NCBI GenBank assembly: GCA_973895155.1
Contig: OZ316896.1
Coordinates: 3,758,738 to 3,822,737 of the forward strand
Length of the DNA stretch: 64,000 nt
Origin: Marsupella aquatica
Taxonomy: Eukaryota; Plantae; Marchantiophyta
Direction: 5' to 3'
Under the pieces are notes generated by a model that saw only the letters and a program-made list of their open reading frames with translations, searched no databases and was not told where the DNA came from. Shown here piece after piece: positions 12,965 through 26,600 of the stretch (within the stretch, counting starts at the first letter, position 1; every line of letters begins with the position of its first letter). Position numbers and translations under genes: made by a program.

Positions 12965-13775
12965 TGCTTCGAGGTCCGATCGGGATTGGCTGGGAATGAG
13001 CTCGTATAGAGTACTCCTTACCTTCAGGGTGGTTCGGGAGACATGGGTTGGGATCACCAGAGCCTCGCAACTAGCAATTGTAGTACTCCTTACCTTCGGG
13101 GTCCGTTCGGGAGAGGGAGGGGCTGGCTGGGAACAGAGTACGCCTTTCCTTCAGGGTGGTTCGGGAGAGGGCACAGGTTGGGACGAGCACTGCCTTGCAA
13201 CGAGCAAGCATAGAGTCCTTTCCTTTGGGGTTCGTTTGGGAGAGGACTGATTCAGGTCAGGGCTAGCTGGGAACAAGCTGGTATAGAGTACTCCTTTCCT
13301 TCAGGGTGGTTTGGGAGAGGACATGGGTTGGGATCGGCACTGCCTGGCAACGAGCAAACTGTATAGTACTTCGTTCCTTTGGGGTCCGTTTGGGAGAGGA
13401 CGGATTCAGGTCAGGGCTAGCTGGGAACAAGCTCGTATAGAGTCCTTTCCTTCAGGGTGGTTTGGGAGAGGGCATGGGTTGGGATCGGCACTGCCTCGCA
13501 ACAAGCAAGTATAGTACTTCTTTCCTTTGGGGTCCGTTTGGGAGAGGATGGATTCAGGTCGGGGCAAGCTCCTTACCTTCAGGGTGGTTCGGGAGAAGGC
13601 ACAGGTTGGGATCGGCACTGCCTCGCAACAAGCAAGTATAGTACTCCTTTCCTTTGGGGTCCGTTCGGGAAAGGGGAGAGTACTCTATACTAGCTAGTAT
13701 AGAGTACTCGTTTCCTTCACGGTGGTTCGGGAGAGGGCATGGATTGGGATCAGCACTGGCTGACAACGAGCTAGT
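12965..13775. repeat. G-rich minisatellite, about 75-bp monomers alternating as an A/B dimer of about 154 bp
   Basis: Alternating units gtatagagtactcctttccttcagggtggtttgggagagg... and gtatagtact..cctttggggtccgtttgggagagg...; the dimer period is seen at 13281 and 13435. Confidence 0.85.
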
Positions 13776-14066
13776 AGGGCATCTCAAATATGTTTGATTT
13801 TTAGCTTTGATAGCATTTGGGACTATTGCAGGTTTGGGCAACTGTCATGACCGGTCGGGCGCCTCATCTAAGGCTCGACAAATTACACATGGAAGTTCTG
13901 TAAGACATCCAAAATTTTGAAGGAAACCCAATCGCATAAAGTGTGACGTGACTCCACTCATAAATCAGTACTCAAGAAAATTATCGCTCAGTTGTACCCT
14001 ATTGCCGTTGGCCCAAGCACCTCGCAGGCAGCCCATGAGGTGCCATAATTTTATGTATGAGATACC

Positions 14067-14746
14067 CTAGGGCCTGTTGAGCATAGACGACAATTGCAAC
14101 AACAAGCCCATGAACCATCTAACGCACAAGAGTCAACATAGAGAGATACGTGGTTCACCTCACATGAGGCTACGTCCACAGGAACACACATGAGCTTTAC
14201 TGCACTCTAGGCCGACCGGCCATACCAAGCATCCACAGCGCAAGCTCTCTCTATCTCTCAACTAGCTCCATAACAATGAGCCTAAGTTCCCACTCTCCAA
14301 GCAAACACCGCTTGGTTATAGAGTGTGCACAGTATGACTAACCTAACCAAGTCTGCAATTAAGGTTGGCCTTAACTACGGTACAATCGTAACTCTAGACC
14401 TAACTAAGAGTAAATCCTAACAGGGCCAGGTTCCATGGGCCAGGGGTAGGGAGTACGATCACTCCCTCTAACACCCCTTGGGCCCAAATACACCGTATGC
14501 CAAGGTGACATAATATTTTTAATGTATGATTTTTGACTTATGAGCCAATGAGAATACCCTATATTGTTCATATGCAGGGCAGGGGGTACCGCTAAAGTTT
14601 AACAGGGATTGTGAGGGAAAATCATACTCTCTATTACAGTATTTGCACACTCCTCAGTCCATGCAAAAGCTGCAATCTTATTGACTTAAAAAAGTTATGA
14701 CTGTATCCGTACTCCTTACTCCCAGTCTCATGAACCTAGCCCCTAG
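14067..14746. mobile_element. Degenerate MITE-like element with about 40-bp imperfect terminal inverted repeats, left repeat split by a solo LTR
   Basis: Left end with the LTR removed: ctagggccaggttccatgggccaggggtagggagtacg. Reverse complement of 14702-14746: ctaggggctaggttcatgagactgggagtaaggagtacg. No target-site duplication recognised. Confidence 0.5.
14075..14422. mobile_element. Solo LTR (348 bp), probably Copia-type
   Basis: TGTT...AACA termini with a perfect 5-bp target-site duplication GGGCC (14070-14074 and 14423-14427). It contains gatacgtggttcacc...ggctacgtccac, a motif I associate with plant Copia LTRs. Confidence 0.85.
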
Positions 14747-15270
14747 TGTAGTATTCTTTTCCTTCAGGGCCCGTATGGGAGAGTGAATGGATCTGGGTCA
14801 CACTAGCTGGCAACAACCTAGAATAGTACTCTTTCTGTTGGGGTGGTTTAGGAGAGGGCACGGATTGGCATTGGCATTGGCTGGCAACAAGCTAGTTTGG
14901 TACTCTTTTCCGTTGGGGTCCATTCAGAAGGCCGGAACAATCAGGATCAGGGCTAGCTGGCAACGAGCTAGAATACTACTCCATTTCCATTGGGGTTGGT
15001 TTGGGAGAGGGTCAGGATTGGAGTTGGCTGGCAACTAGCTAGTATAGTACTCTTTTCTTTCCGGGGTCCATTTGGGAGATGGGACCGATTAGGATCGGCA
15101 CTGGCTGCCCATGAGCTAGAATAGTACTCCTTTTGATCGGGGTGGTTTGGGAGAGGGCATGAATTGGGATGAGCACTTGCTCGCAACAAGCTACTATAGT
15201 ACTCTTTTTCTTAGAGGTCTTATCAGGAGAAAACATTGATTGAGATTGGGGCTAGCTGGCAACAAGTTGG
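14747..15270. repeat. Second, more diverged block of the same G-rich minisatellite, same orientation
   Basis: Repeated tagtactc...ggggtgg/tcc.tttgggagagg...gctggcaac.agctag monomers. Confidence 0.8.
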
Positions 15271-17082
15271 AGGCATGGAGATCAACCCAATGGAGACCCA
15301 TACCAAGGTTTGCTTTTTTCCCCCAAAAGTAGCCTTAGGGTGGCTTCTTGTGAGTTTTTTCACCAAAGTAAATTGGAGGATCACTTAGTGTACAAGATAT
15401 ACTAGGCTCTTGACCAAAAATCTTTTTGACATGAAGTTCAATATATGCAAATGGCTTGAATGAAGAAGCCAAAGTGAAAATGTTTGGACCATCTTTGGAT
15501 GAGGTGGTCTGAGTATGGACCACCTAAGAAGGCCATCCGGCACCTGTTACAATTCTCTGACCATCCCACCCTCTACCTGTTGGCTACTATACCCATAGTC
15601 TGCCCATAGCTTCCCATATCTTTCAAGCATGTATCCCTCTATTCCATAGCCCTCTAGCCCATAGCCCTGAGTCCCATAATTTTATGCATTTTCAAGAGCA
15701 AATGACTTTTATCAGACAGAAAGAGAAAATCACCTAGAACACGGTGAAGAGTTTTACTTGCTATCATGAAGGGTATGCTTTTGATTTTCTTTACCCCAAG
15801 TGCCAAATACACAAAAACATAGCACCAACCCCTACGCGCACAATGTGGACATGAAGGGAAAGCAAAACAACTCCAAAGAGGACAAGTACCAAACATTGAA
15901 TAAAAATGGCAGATGCAACCCCCAAACCAGAAAAGGAAAGAGATGGAAATTTTATTGGTTGACAAATTCAGTGCCTGTTTACTATTGAAGCTTTCAATTG
16001 TGCAGGCTCCTCACATAAGAAGCATTCACGAGACTCCTACTCCTGTTTTGGTAGAGACAAAGCAGGTGTGGCCAGATTTTCCCTGCCAGATTTTCTTTCC
16101 TGATAGACAGTAGAGAAGGAAAGTATCGCCTCAACTATGGTACTTAACTCATTGAGCAGATAAGCCCACACAATATGCTCTCAGTTTCCATTCTTACTAG
16201 CCTCCAGGCCACACATGCTATTCAATCTAAGGTTTCTGGCAGATGGCACCATTGTTGAATGACTCTGTTCATTACACTTTGTTTGAATAGATGTGTCTAA
16301 GAGGTCGAGTGGCATTGTAAGTGTTTGTCTGGTTTTAAGTCCAAAGTTGTCTGACATTTGCTGGTTTATCTGCAGGCCAACTTCAAGGACAAGCAAGAAA
16401 AGAAGGGATGCAGGAATTATGGGTTTCAAATCACAGTCAAATCGTCAAGCTAGAGAGCGAGTCTTTGCTAGGCATCGTCAGTTATTAAGATCTACTTGTG
16501 TGTTTAATTGTCAACAGGGACCGAAATCATATCTATATCATTCAACATTTCTTTGTCAGTTGCCCTTCGGAATTCAACAGTTCATCCTTAGTTGCCTATG
16601 TGTGCATAGTGTGTTTGCTCCAAGCTTCTATGAATTTTTGCGGTTTTTTGAGCATCTTTGTATTCTTTGCGTTACTTGAGGAAGTAATGCTCTTCATTAG
16701 TAACACACCAGTTGAAGTTGGAGTTTAGGGTATAGGGTATGTGCTGAATTCTAAGTTTAATTGGCATTTTGTTCGAGTGGGTGTTATTGGCAACCATTAA
16801 CTGGCAATCTGGCAGGAACTTTGAGATTATGCAATTGGGCTGTGTAATGAGCCTGGTCTCACTGGGGCTACACTCGAGGGTTTCACTTCCACAAAAATGG
16901 CATATCACGTGCGACAAAGTGTAGGGTCATTTTATTGGTTCGAAGGGAAGACTTAAGAATTTTTTAAGAAGAACAATAGGATCTTTTAAATCCAATTTTG
17001 GGACTTATAAGAACATTAGGGTCCTTATAACCAAAATTTTGGAATATTTTGAGAATATTCAGACTTTATAGGGGTATCATTA

Positions 17083-17770
17083 TGGCATTTGTAGTAGTAT
17101 ATGGAGTCATGGAATACCGATTTGGACCCGGGTTTGGACCTTGCAGTTGATTTCCAGTTGTCTTTCATCCACATTGTAGAGGGTGTTCAAAACCCAATGC
17201 TTACTTTGGCAATCATTCAACATAAAAAAGGCTATAGAGAGAAACGAAGCAAACTCAATGGTGACAATGAGAAATTAAATTTCTTTCTTACATTTTAGGG
17301 GGTCCGAGGCCTAAAAACGTTGCAGGTGATGGAGAGGCATCCATATAGTGAGACCCCCGAGGGGCTGCAAAACATGTTCTTCAGAACAATTCTGTTTTTA
17401 ATCATATTACAAAGCAACATATCTAATATGAGTCCCGCTCATTGGGGTGCAGTCTGAGTAGTGCCTGTGCAGGAAAAAGTTTAGGTACAGTTTCACTACC
17501 CATGTTGCTTCTAGCGTATGTATCTTGATAATTGTTAATAGAACGAGGTGAATTTGAATGTTCTCATATCTTCTTCATTCTGGCATTTGTAGTAGTATAC
17601 GGAGTCGTGGAATACCGATTTGGACCCGGGTTTGGACCTTGTAGTTGATTTCCAGTTGTCTTTCATCCACATTGTAGAGGGTGTTCAAAACCCAAAGCTT
17701 ACTTTGGCAATCATTCAACATCAAAAAAGGCTAGAGAGAACCGAAGCAAACTCAAGGGCGACAATGAGAA
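17083..17770. repeat. Dispersed direct duplication of about 190 bp (17083-17273 and 17581-17770) in an AT-rich, TE-like region
   Basis: Both copies read tggcatttgtagtagtata.ggagtc.tggaataccgatttggacccggg...acaatgagaa with few mismatches. Confidence 0.85.
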
Positions 17771-20700
17771 TCTGCAAGAGTTGGAAAGAGCACAGGATAA
17801 ACAAGAACAAAAGAGTAAGCTACATGTGCCAAAGATGCTCTTCTATGCGATGATCAAGCAGAAAGCACTAGTTGCAGAAGCTGAACAAGGAAATTACACA
17901 AGTCACACTTGTACATTTTACCTCCTTTATTTCATTCTTTCCACATCGAACACCTTTGTAACATAAAATATGAAAAATCATAGATCCCATTGTGTCTGCC
18001 ATTTTACCACAACTATATCTGTTCTATCAACTATTGAACTTTTCTGATCAATATTGTAACGGACATTATTTCCGTTACAAAAAAATTGGACATATCAATC
18101 AAAGTTTTTGTTGAGGGACCCGATATGTTTTGTAATTTATGGATATGATCCATTTTTTAATGCATTGGAAAGGCTCAGTTGTTAATTGTATCGGAAAGGA
18201 AGATATCTAAAGCCAAGAGTATGGCATTTTGTCATTTTGTGATAATGGGAGTTTCCAATTCTAAAAGAATAGGATACCAATTGTTTGCAAAAATTGAGCA
18301 TTGAGAATCAACTTAATATGTACTAGTGTCAAACAAAAATTCAAGACCGGTGAGAAGTTTTCGAGCAAAAAAGAGAAGAGTTTAGGGTTTTAACTTAGTG
18401 GACTTACATTTGATCGTTGTAATTCTGAATGGGCATTGTGATCAAATTAAAACCCACATATGCACAGAATGCGTGTAAAGAGCAGGTAGTACGAAGGCTT
18501 TCAATTTTGGCAAGTTATATTGTGACTAGCCCAATGCCTGTGCTTTGCACAAAAGATATTGAGGTGAAAAAAAAGATGTCAGGTGAGAAAAAGATGTCGA
18601 GATGAAAAATATGTTGATGAGAGAAAAAGATTGTAGCTTGGGCAGGCATTTATTTTGAAGGGTGTGTATGGATAGATCTGATGGTGTAGAAAAACAATGT
18701 TTTGATTAAGGTCTAAGATCTATTCCCATTTTTTATGAGTTTGGAAAAGAACTATCCCATCTTTTTGGTGGGATAGGGTATTATATGGGAGACGCTCCTT
18801 CCCCCTTTCATTACCTCAAAGATACATTACAAAGGAAAATCAAATTTTAGCTTTTTGAGAAAGAATAAAAAACAAAACTACACAAAAATCCTTCCCACTA
18901 ATAAATATATTGTTCAAAATTATAGACACCCATTTGGAGAGTATTACTCTACTTCCTTCCAATAATACAAATGTTATAGCATGTAATGATTGAGTACACT
19001 ATTGAATATTCATATGTGACAAAAAAATTGTGCTATTCTTAACTTGTACTCGGTAGGTGTTCACTCCCAATTATTATCACCTAGGTAGCACCTACAGTAG
19101 GTACTTTATTGTCTTGTTTGTTTGGTTATACTCATTTGTAACTCATCAAAGGTGAGAATAAACTATAACATAAATCCAATGATAAGCAAGTGTTCCCACC
19201 AAATCTCATTTTGTAAACGGACAGTTATGGACAACTTTTGGCGGGATCAAGTATTATAGTTGTAGACAAGGATCCAATTGTCCGACGTCACCCTGACCAA
19301 ACACAAGATATAAGTTCAGAACTAAGAAAACAGGCAACACAAATATTGAAACAACTGACAAGGCAACTCAAGGCATCAGTCAAACTAAAACGCAGACATG
19401 GACAGAATTGTAAGAGCAAGCTATATACAGCAAGGATACTTGCAATTTTGGCAATTTTGACAAGCATAACAAAAGAAACAAAATGTTGCCAATTGACAGA
19501 AATAATTTGGCGGATCCATTTGTGTCCATACCAAATGAGTTGGGGACAGCTTGAATGGAGCACGTCTAGTGAAAGGCTGTGTAGAGACAAATGACAACAA
19601 ACACTTTTCGTTATACACTCTTGGTATAAATAATTAGCTCAGGGTACGGATGTTGTGACATATTTTTCAGTGGATATGTCTATTGAATAAAAGTAATACA
19701 TGTTGACACAGTTTTTCAATAAATATGTCACTCGAAGCAAACCTTTGTCACAGTTATAGTGAGCGTTTGCGAATTCTTATATATAATGTTATTCTAACAA
19801 AGAATAACCACCACCTGTCGAACATGAGATGCATGAACATATGCCAAACACACCAGGCACATCAATTACTGTAATTTTTTAGTTGGGAAGCCAATTTTTG
19901 TTCCGTTGAGGAACTTCATAAAAACAAAATAAGAAAAAGAAATTGAGGGTTTATGAAAAACAAGCAAAGCATGAGAGTTGAAACCGAGTTAACACAGTAC
20001 AAGTACATCGTAGCTGAGTACAGTCACCCAATTTCCTTGGTGAGCTGTTTTATATCGAGATTTAATGCGAGTTATTACACTCTCATAACTCTCATCCTTC
20101 CAACTCTGCAAACCAAATGAACCCAACTGGCTCTGCTGATTTGATTTACATCCCACCTTGCTAATCAACACATGATTACAAGATGGAGACCACGCCATTT
20201 GAATATTGGCAGGTATAGAGAACTTCAAAAGAGATTTAACCTTATTCCATGACCTGCAAATCCCCTTCCCACAAATTTGAACCAGCCAAAATATTATTTA
20301 TTTGATTATTTTCTTGACCGCCAGATATCTCTAGATTTAAATATCTCTTTAAGGATGACCATTAGATTCATTCTGGCTAATGGGACTTGTGATTAGGTGG
20401 AGCAATGAGACAGAAAATAGTGACCTCCGGTTAGATGGAACAGTGGCTAATGAGAGTGACTAATGAGACAGAAAAATACTAGAATTTTAGGCAAAACTGG
20501 ATAAAGTTTTTTGGGGAGGTGTAATTTGGTGAATTTTCGCCACTAAAAAAAACGGCGCTCCCTACACATTACACTGTTAATTCCTTCCCACTTTTATCAT
20601 CCAGTTGAAGACGGCGGCCGTGTCGTAAGGAAGGCAGTTTGTCTGGATCCCTGGCCGTTCCCCGCTTCCCCGTTCCCGCAATCAAAACCGCTCCCAGCCG

Positions 20701-23672
20701 TTTTGAGGAATTACGAGGCGTTGGCCGCAGAGAAAGGGCGGGAGCTTCGGTTCATGGCTTGTCGAGCTCCGAGCTCGGATCTCCAATGAATTCAATGAAT
20801 CCGGCGTCGAACAGTGTCACAGTGAGTCCGCCACCAAAGGAATCGGGGCGTGTAATCGTAGTGAATGCGCCACCACCACAGCCCCGGAGTCCGGAGTGAC
20901 TGAATGCTGCGGGCCCTTTGTACTGTCGATCAGTCGATGTGCTTTGTGAATTGGCGTCTTGGCGACACTGGCTCGAAGGAATTGATGGATTCATCATTCC
21001 CTCAATCTCTCGCTTGGGACCTTCGATGGATACATTGATTGCAGTCGTAATGAAGACCGGTATGACGTGACGATACAGCGCTTGTACGAGACTACGAGAG
21101 TAGCGTGGTGTAAGAGATGGAGTCCATCTCGATAATGGAATCAGTTATCGCGTCGTCACTGACAGAAGTAAAGCTTTCGAACAGTACCGTAACAGATAGA
21201 ACGATTTTGTACGCTCAGCTTGTATTTGGACGTATAAGTATTTGTAACAACAAGGCTCACACAGCGGCCATACCATAATCACTGAATAAATGTTCGTTCA
21301 GTCGGTCAATCATCCATCATATGAATCTTATGTCAAGCGTGGGCCATTTCTGACAAGGAGATCGTCATTTCTACCTGGATCCTCTGGTACGTTAAGAGAC
21401 GGGGCCGTCTCGTTCATTTAAGTCGCTGCTGCGTTACAATTTGCTCATGCAGTCATGCCGCTGTTGGCATGGATAATGGAATTCACTGTTAACGACGTCC
21501 CAGCTGAGAGATTGCATTCAGTATCAGGTCCCAAATACTGTAGTCCTCACGAATTCCAGATGCGCTGGAGCTCTTTCCGCGACAACATTTATTTCGTTAA
21601 TTCCAGAGGATCGATTACTGGATTTCGTTTTCTTGTCGTTGAAATGATGTGGTCGCCGCCGGAAGTCTGATATCAATGTGAAGCAGCAGGAGCCAGGAAG
21701 GCTTCTGTGACTACTCCTGGCCTTCCGGAGGATTCCTCCAAGACAGAAAGATGCCTAGTCTGACTCTGTCAGTTGAAGAGGTGGAGTGGATCGATCCCCC
21801 TTCACGAGTCTCCGGTATAACTACTTCATACCAATCGAAGTTCAAGTTAGCCTTCCCATTAGTACATTACGGACCTCTCCTACATTGTCTGCTGTAATTT
21901 TCACTTTCACTTCGTTAGTCCAGATGCACTCTCACCGTTTCCGTATGGAAGCGATCAATTTCCGTCCGCATCAGAAAAATGGCTCGTTGTCAAGTCACAT
22001 CAGTAACAGAGGTCGGATGCTGCGTCTGTTGTCGTCAAGGTGAAATCGACAGGTGAACACGATGTGCTGGATTCTTGATTCGCTCTGCTTTCTTGAATAG
22101 CCGTTTCTTGATTTGCCCTGTCATTTGCTTCTAGTTTGATTGCCTTCGCAAACGCCTTCCAGGTGAGTCACTTTTTGCTAGCATTGCACATCGTTGTGAT
22201 GATCACTCAGCCTTGCATTCCTCATTTGGATAGAGGAAACTTCTCGCATACTTAATAGTCGCGTGCTGCCTTCTTACTCATATTAAGTGGCCACATGTGT
22301 GCATTACCTACGAATTGTCCTCCCGTCGAGCAATTGCTTTTCTCTTTCTTCATGCGTGGTCATTCCGCAGACGCTACAATAACTTAGGAGAACGACATCT
22401 TGACCGTAAATTTTGATCGCGTCCTTGCTTCAGAGGTAAACGCTCGTGACAGAAGTCAAGACATTATCAAATATTTTCCCGTGGAAGAAATCTAAATCAG
22501 GCAAGAATCCCGCCAATTGTACTTGTCCCTCGGTCCGTGAATTAAATTGCACGAAGCTGGTTTATGCACAGAAAATTGATCAGCTGTTCACGGATTCTGC
22601 GCCTAATATGTGCCGTGTATAGCTGTACAGTCCCTGTGCAGCCCTGCAATGGGAGGGTGAGTCGCTCCTGCAGTTTTTACGAAGCCGTGGCAATTCTTGA
22701 TTTCAGGTATAAATTCTTGCTCAGCTCATTGATGATAATGACCAGTTCATCACTCTTAACTCGGAGGAAGAGCGTCGTACGTTTTTGGACGCCCCATTGT
22801 CATCAATAGCAGTATGAATATCCTGCAGCTTGCCGGCTCCTGCGAACGTACATACCCCTTTCGTCAATCTTCCCTTATTACGTCGCTGTCCTTCCTGTTG
22901 CCCTCTCAATCTCTCATCCTCTTCTTTCCGGAGGTGTATGGAACAGACTGGATCAATTCATCGTCAACATGAAATAGTTTCACTGCCGCCAGTCGATGGA
23001 ATCCTTTTTCTGCTGTCTTCAGCGTCGATGTGCATCCCGTTGAGATACTAGCATGCCTATGATCTGCCACCCCTTGCAGTGCGTCAGTAGTGTCCGCAGT
23101 TTCGACTGCAGTCCGACTGCTCTGCCGGTCTTCCAAATGTCGACAAACGTTGGGCTCATTTTGGTCTTCGGTTCCCTATATTCTGATTAGATTTGTTGCA
23201 GGAAGTGAGTTGCCGAGGGCACGTGAGGAAAATCAACCAGCTTACACCTAATCCACTTGTCCTTCTCGGCCGGTGGCCATTTTGTCAACTGGCCCGTTCG
23301 GACCATGTCAAGTCCTGCCGTCTTCAACGCAGGATGTTCCGACTATCGTCAATTCACGCGGTCCTCTATGTCGGACGGTCCGTCTCGAACTGCATCAGCC
23401 ATTGTTGGACCGGTTTCATGATTCTGTCATGATTCTATCATGGTAACATTGTTCGCGACTTGACGATGAGTAGAATTCAGTCTTAATTATCCCTCTCGTT
23501 TTCTACTTGATTCTGTGTCCTGGGTATTGGCAGAAGACTAGAGGTTGTCATGTACTTTCTTGCTTGCGCTTGGGGCGTTTCGACTTCTGGTACTTGCAAT
23601 TTGAAATAGCAATCCCATGCGTCATTGATAGAAATGAGGATATCTCATGTATTTGCTTACTTGCATTTGCAG

Positions 23673-26600
23673 CCCTTAGACTTGAAGGACTCGGAATTTG
23701 AACAAACCTCGTCACCGGTAGAAACGTCGCCGTTGCGATCAGTTCGTATGCCTGTGCGGATGATGTGAAGTATTCTACCGTTCACTGTTCCTGATTCACT
23801 GGTTTTATGCAATGGAACTACCTTGGGCACTCCCTAAGAATCATGACGAGCACTGGCATGCATCGGTCGCATATACTCAACCCGCATTTGACCAATCAGG
23901 GAGATGCATATTGTCTTCTGCGACGGCAGATGTCACTTCTAAGGACTCGCCTTGGCCGCTACCAGTGGGACAGTATGAACGCGCCCGGGCGTCAGTATTG
24001 ACTCGGAAACCGAAAGTGGATTGGTCTGGAAAAAGCATTTATCACACTTACTCAATTTGCTTTGAGGTAGTCGAAGTAGGGCTGGATCCCGTGCAGCAGA
24101 TGGCGTCTGATTTTGCTCTCGTTACGCCACGGGCTCTGGATTTAGAGGTGGCTCAAATGTCAGTTAATCTGTTCTTGCCATGGCAAGCTTCTGTGAGAGC
24201 CAACGTGACCGAATGCGGACGGGTAACACTGGATGCTGGCCAGGTCAGCTTGCTGTCTCGTGATGTGGACCTCGGGTCGTCTGAGCATCCACCACTACCA
24301 TTCATTCCGTCGAATCAGATGAGACGTATAAATTGCTTCACGATTTGGAAAGGAATTCTGCTCGATCGTTATTTCTCAATAGGTGCTGCACTAGTGTCCA
24401 CGTAGGATGACCTCAACGAATTTTGCTTACTTCGTGAGATTGATATTCATTTTTCTACGTGGAATAAACTGGCAGGTTGATCTTGTGAAACGATTTAATA
24501 CATGGCTGTTCGATGTCGTTTTGGGGAAGCCGCCAATTGCAACTGGAGCCGTGCCGAAGTCCAATTTCGTGGACAGTCCGAAAGGCTATTACGTACTTCC
24601 TCTGCAACCCAACAGCAGCATTAGACCGGCCGAATTCGATTGGGAAACTATAATTTCTTCTTTGACATCAGGTTTGATTTACAGAAAGAAAGTCCAATTT
24701 TTTGGAGGCTTCGCCAAGCTAGAAGCCGGAGACATCGACTGCGACCGTGCAGCTCTGAAGCAGGGCGAAATCAGAATGAGGAATGGGAAATTTACAGAAG
24801 AGGATTTAGATGATGCCATGATCACGGGTGCTCACAACGGCATGCCTTGCTATCTGATAGCGATATCCAAGCATATCAATGGCTCAAGTGACTTTCCTTG
24901 TGCAGAGAGCACTGGGAGCCTAACCTATGCGGATTACTACTCTTCGAAGTAAGTCACATTCTTTCATCACCATCATGTTTCTCTGATTGTGTAGGAATCC
25001 TGCCTGTTTTGTGTTCTTAGGCTGTTCTTTCTGGGGTTTCTCTTAAGAATTTGAGAGTCATTAGTTTTAATGGATAGGGGAGGGGCCTTCGATGAGTCCA
25101 GTTGGTTCTATCACTGGGCGTCACTCACATCAGGTGCATTTTATGTTGGAGGGAAACTGAGTACTTTGTAAGGTCGTTAACACTGCTTGTTTCTTTGTTT
25201 CTGGAGATGCGGGTATCGTCTTCAGTGCGAGAGTCAATCATTTCTTAAAGTTCGTCGGCTTTCACGCGCTGCCAATTATTTAAAACGCCAGGAAGCCGAT
25301 ACTGCCAGGGGTATTCTCTTTCATTCCAACAGTTTAGTCTACTCCATGTGATGGGAAGCTGGAAGTTTCGACAGCGCGTGGGGATTTGTCTAGTAATTAC
25401 AAGAAACTCCATATTTCTCAGACGTGTATCTCTCATGTACTCTCCGTTTCCGCTTTTATTTCCGCATGGAGGCCGTGTTGACATTCGAGACTCTTTCCAA
25501 TGTCCCAAGGGAAGGTGGCGCCAAGGGCGAATGAAACGTTGGAACTACCGCCAGAGATTTGTTCAGTCCATGTGGGTGTCAAGGGGAAGCTATTGAGGGG
25601 TGCCATGCGCCTTCCATCTGTTCTGTTCAGCCTGGAGACAGCGTTGTTGGCAGCTGAGCTCCGTGACAATATTGGAGTGCCCATATCTTGCTTCAAGGTA
25701 TATTACGTCATCATAGGATATAAGCTATTTGCCTTCACAGTTGCTCCCTCATGATCAATGGTCTACCTGATACGTTCCTTATGTTCCTTCGATCTTGTTG
25801 GCATGCATTCTGGCGATCTCTATGCTTAATTTTCCTGTGTAACGTACACGTTGAATACGTCTGCGGCGTGCCTGGTCCTTTCATTTAGTGTTTTCAGCGA
25901 AGTTCTCGCTATTTCTCGGACTAATTCCGCTTCCATGCTAGAGATGACCTGCACTTCGATGCTGTTTTCAATCCTGAAGAAGCTTACGTGAATTGCTCAG
26001 GTTCAGACAGGTCCAGTTTCGGTTGGGGACATCAATGGAAAATTCAGCTCCTCATTAGCTTCTCGTAGATGTCTCTTAGCCGTTAAATTCCCACAACTTG
26101 AGAAGTGATTGCGTCCGCCCGATGTTGTTGCCTCGTCTATTAACTTACAAAAGTTTTTCTAAGATAGCTGGCAGTAAATTTTGCCTTAGGCCGAGAACTC
26201 GTTCTTCTTTTCTACATTAGAGTTCATCTATAAGATTATTTCAAAGGTCTCCATGTCTCTTGGTCCTGCAGGTGCTCGAAGCTCTTACTTCCAGAGCTTG
26301 TCAGGCAGACATATCATATGAGACTTTGGAGCTTCTCGGCGATAGTATACTGAAGCTCACTGGCTGCACCTACCTCTTTCTGAAAGAATCATTCAAAACC
26401 GACGCGCAGCTCGGTGCAACCCTCTATGAGCGAGTTAGGAATAAGACGCTATATTATCTTGCTCGTCCTCGCAACCTCGCAAGGTACGCGTTGGTGGAGC
26501 CTTTCGGTCCCGGTTTCTGGGTCCCCCCGGGTCTGGTAAGAGTCGAGGCTGAAGATTTCTGTTGCCCGGAGAAGGAACAGAGGCGAAAATTTCAGCTCGT

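Noticed and set aside
15300-20560. AT-rich region suspected to be decayed transposons
   Set aside because: No transposase motif or element boundary could be fixed; only the 190-bp duplication is reported.
23812-23929. ATG at 23812 as the Dicer-like start codon
   Set aside because: Not excluded, but the segment fits inside a phase-compatible intron (23746-23929), so I did not call it as the start.
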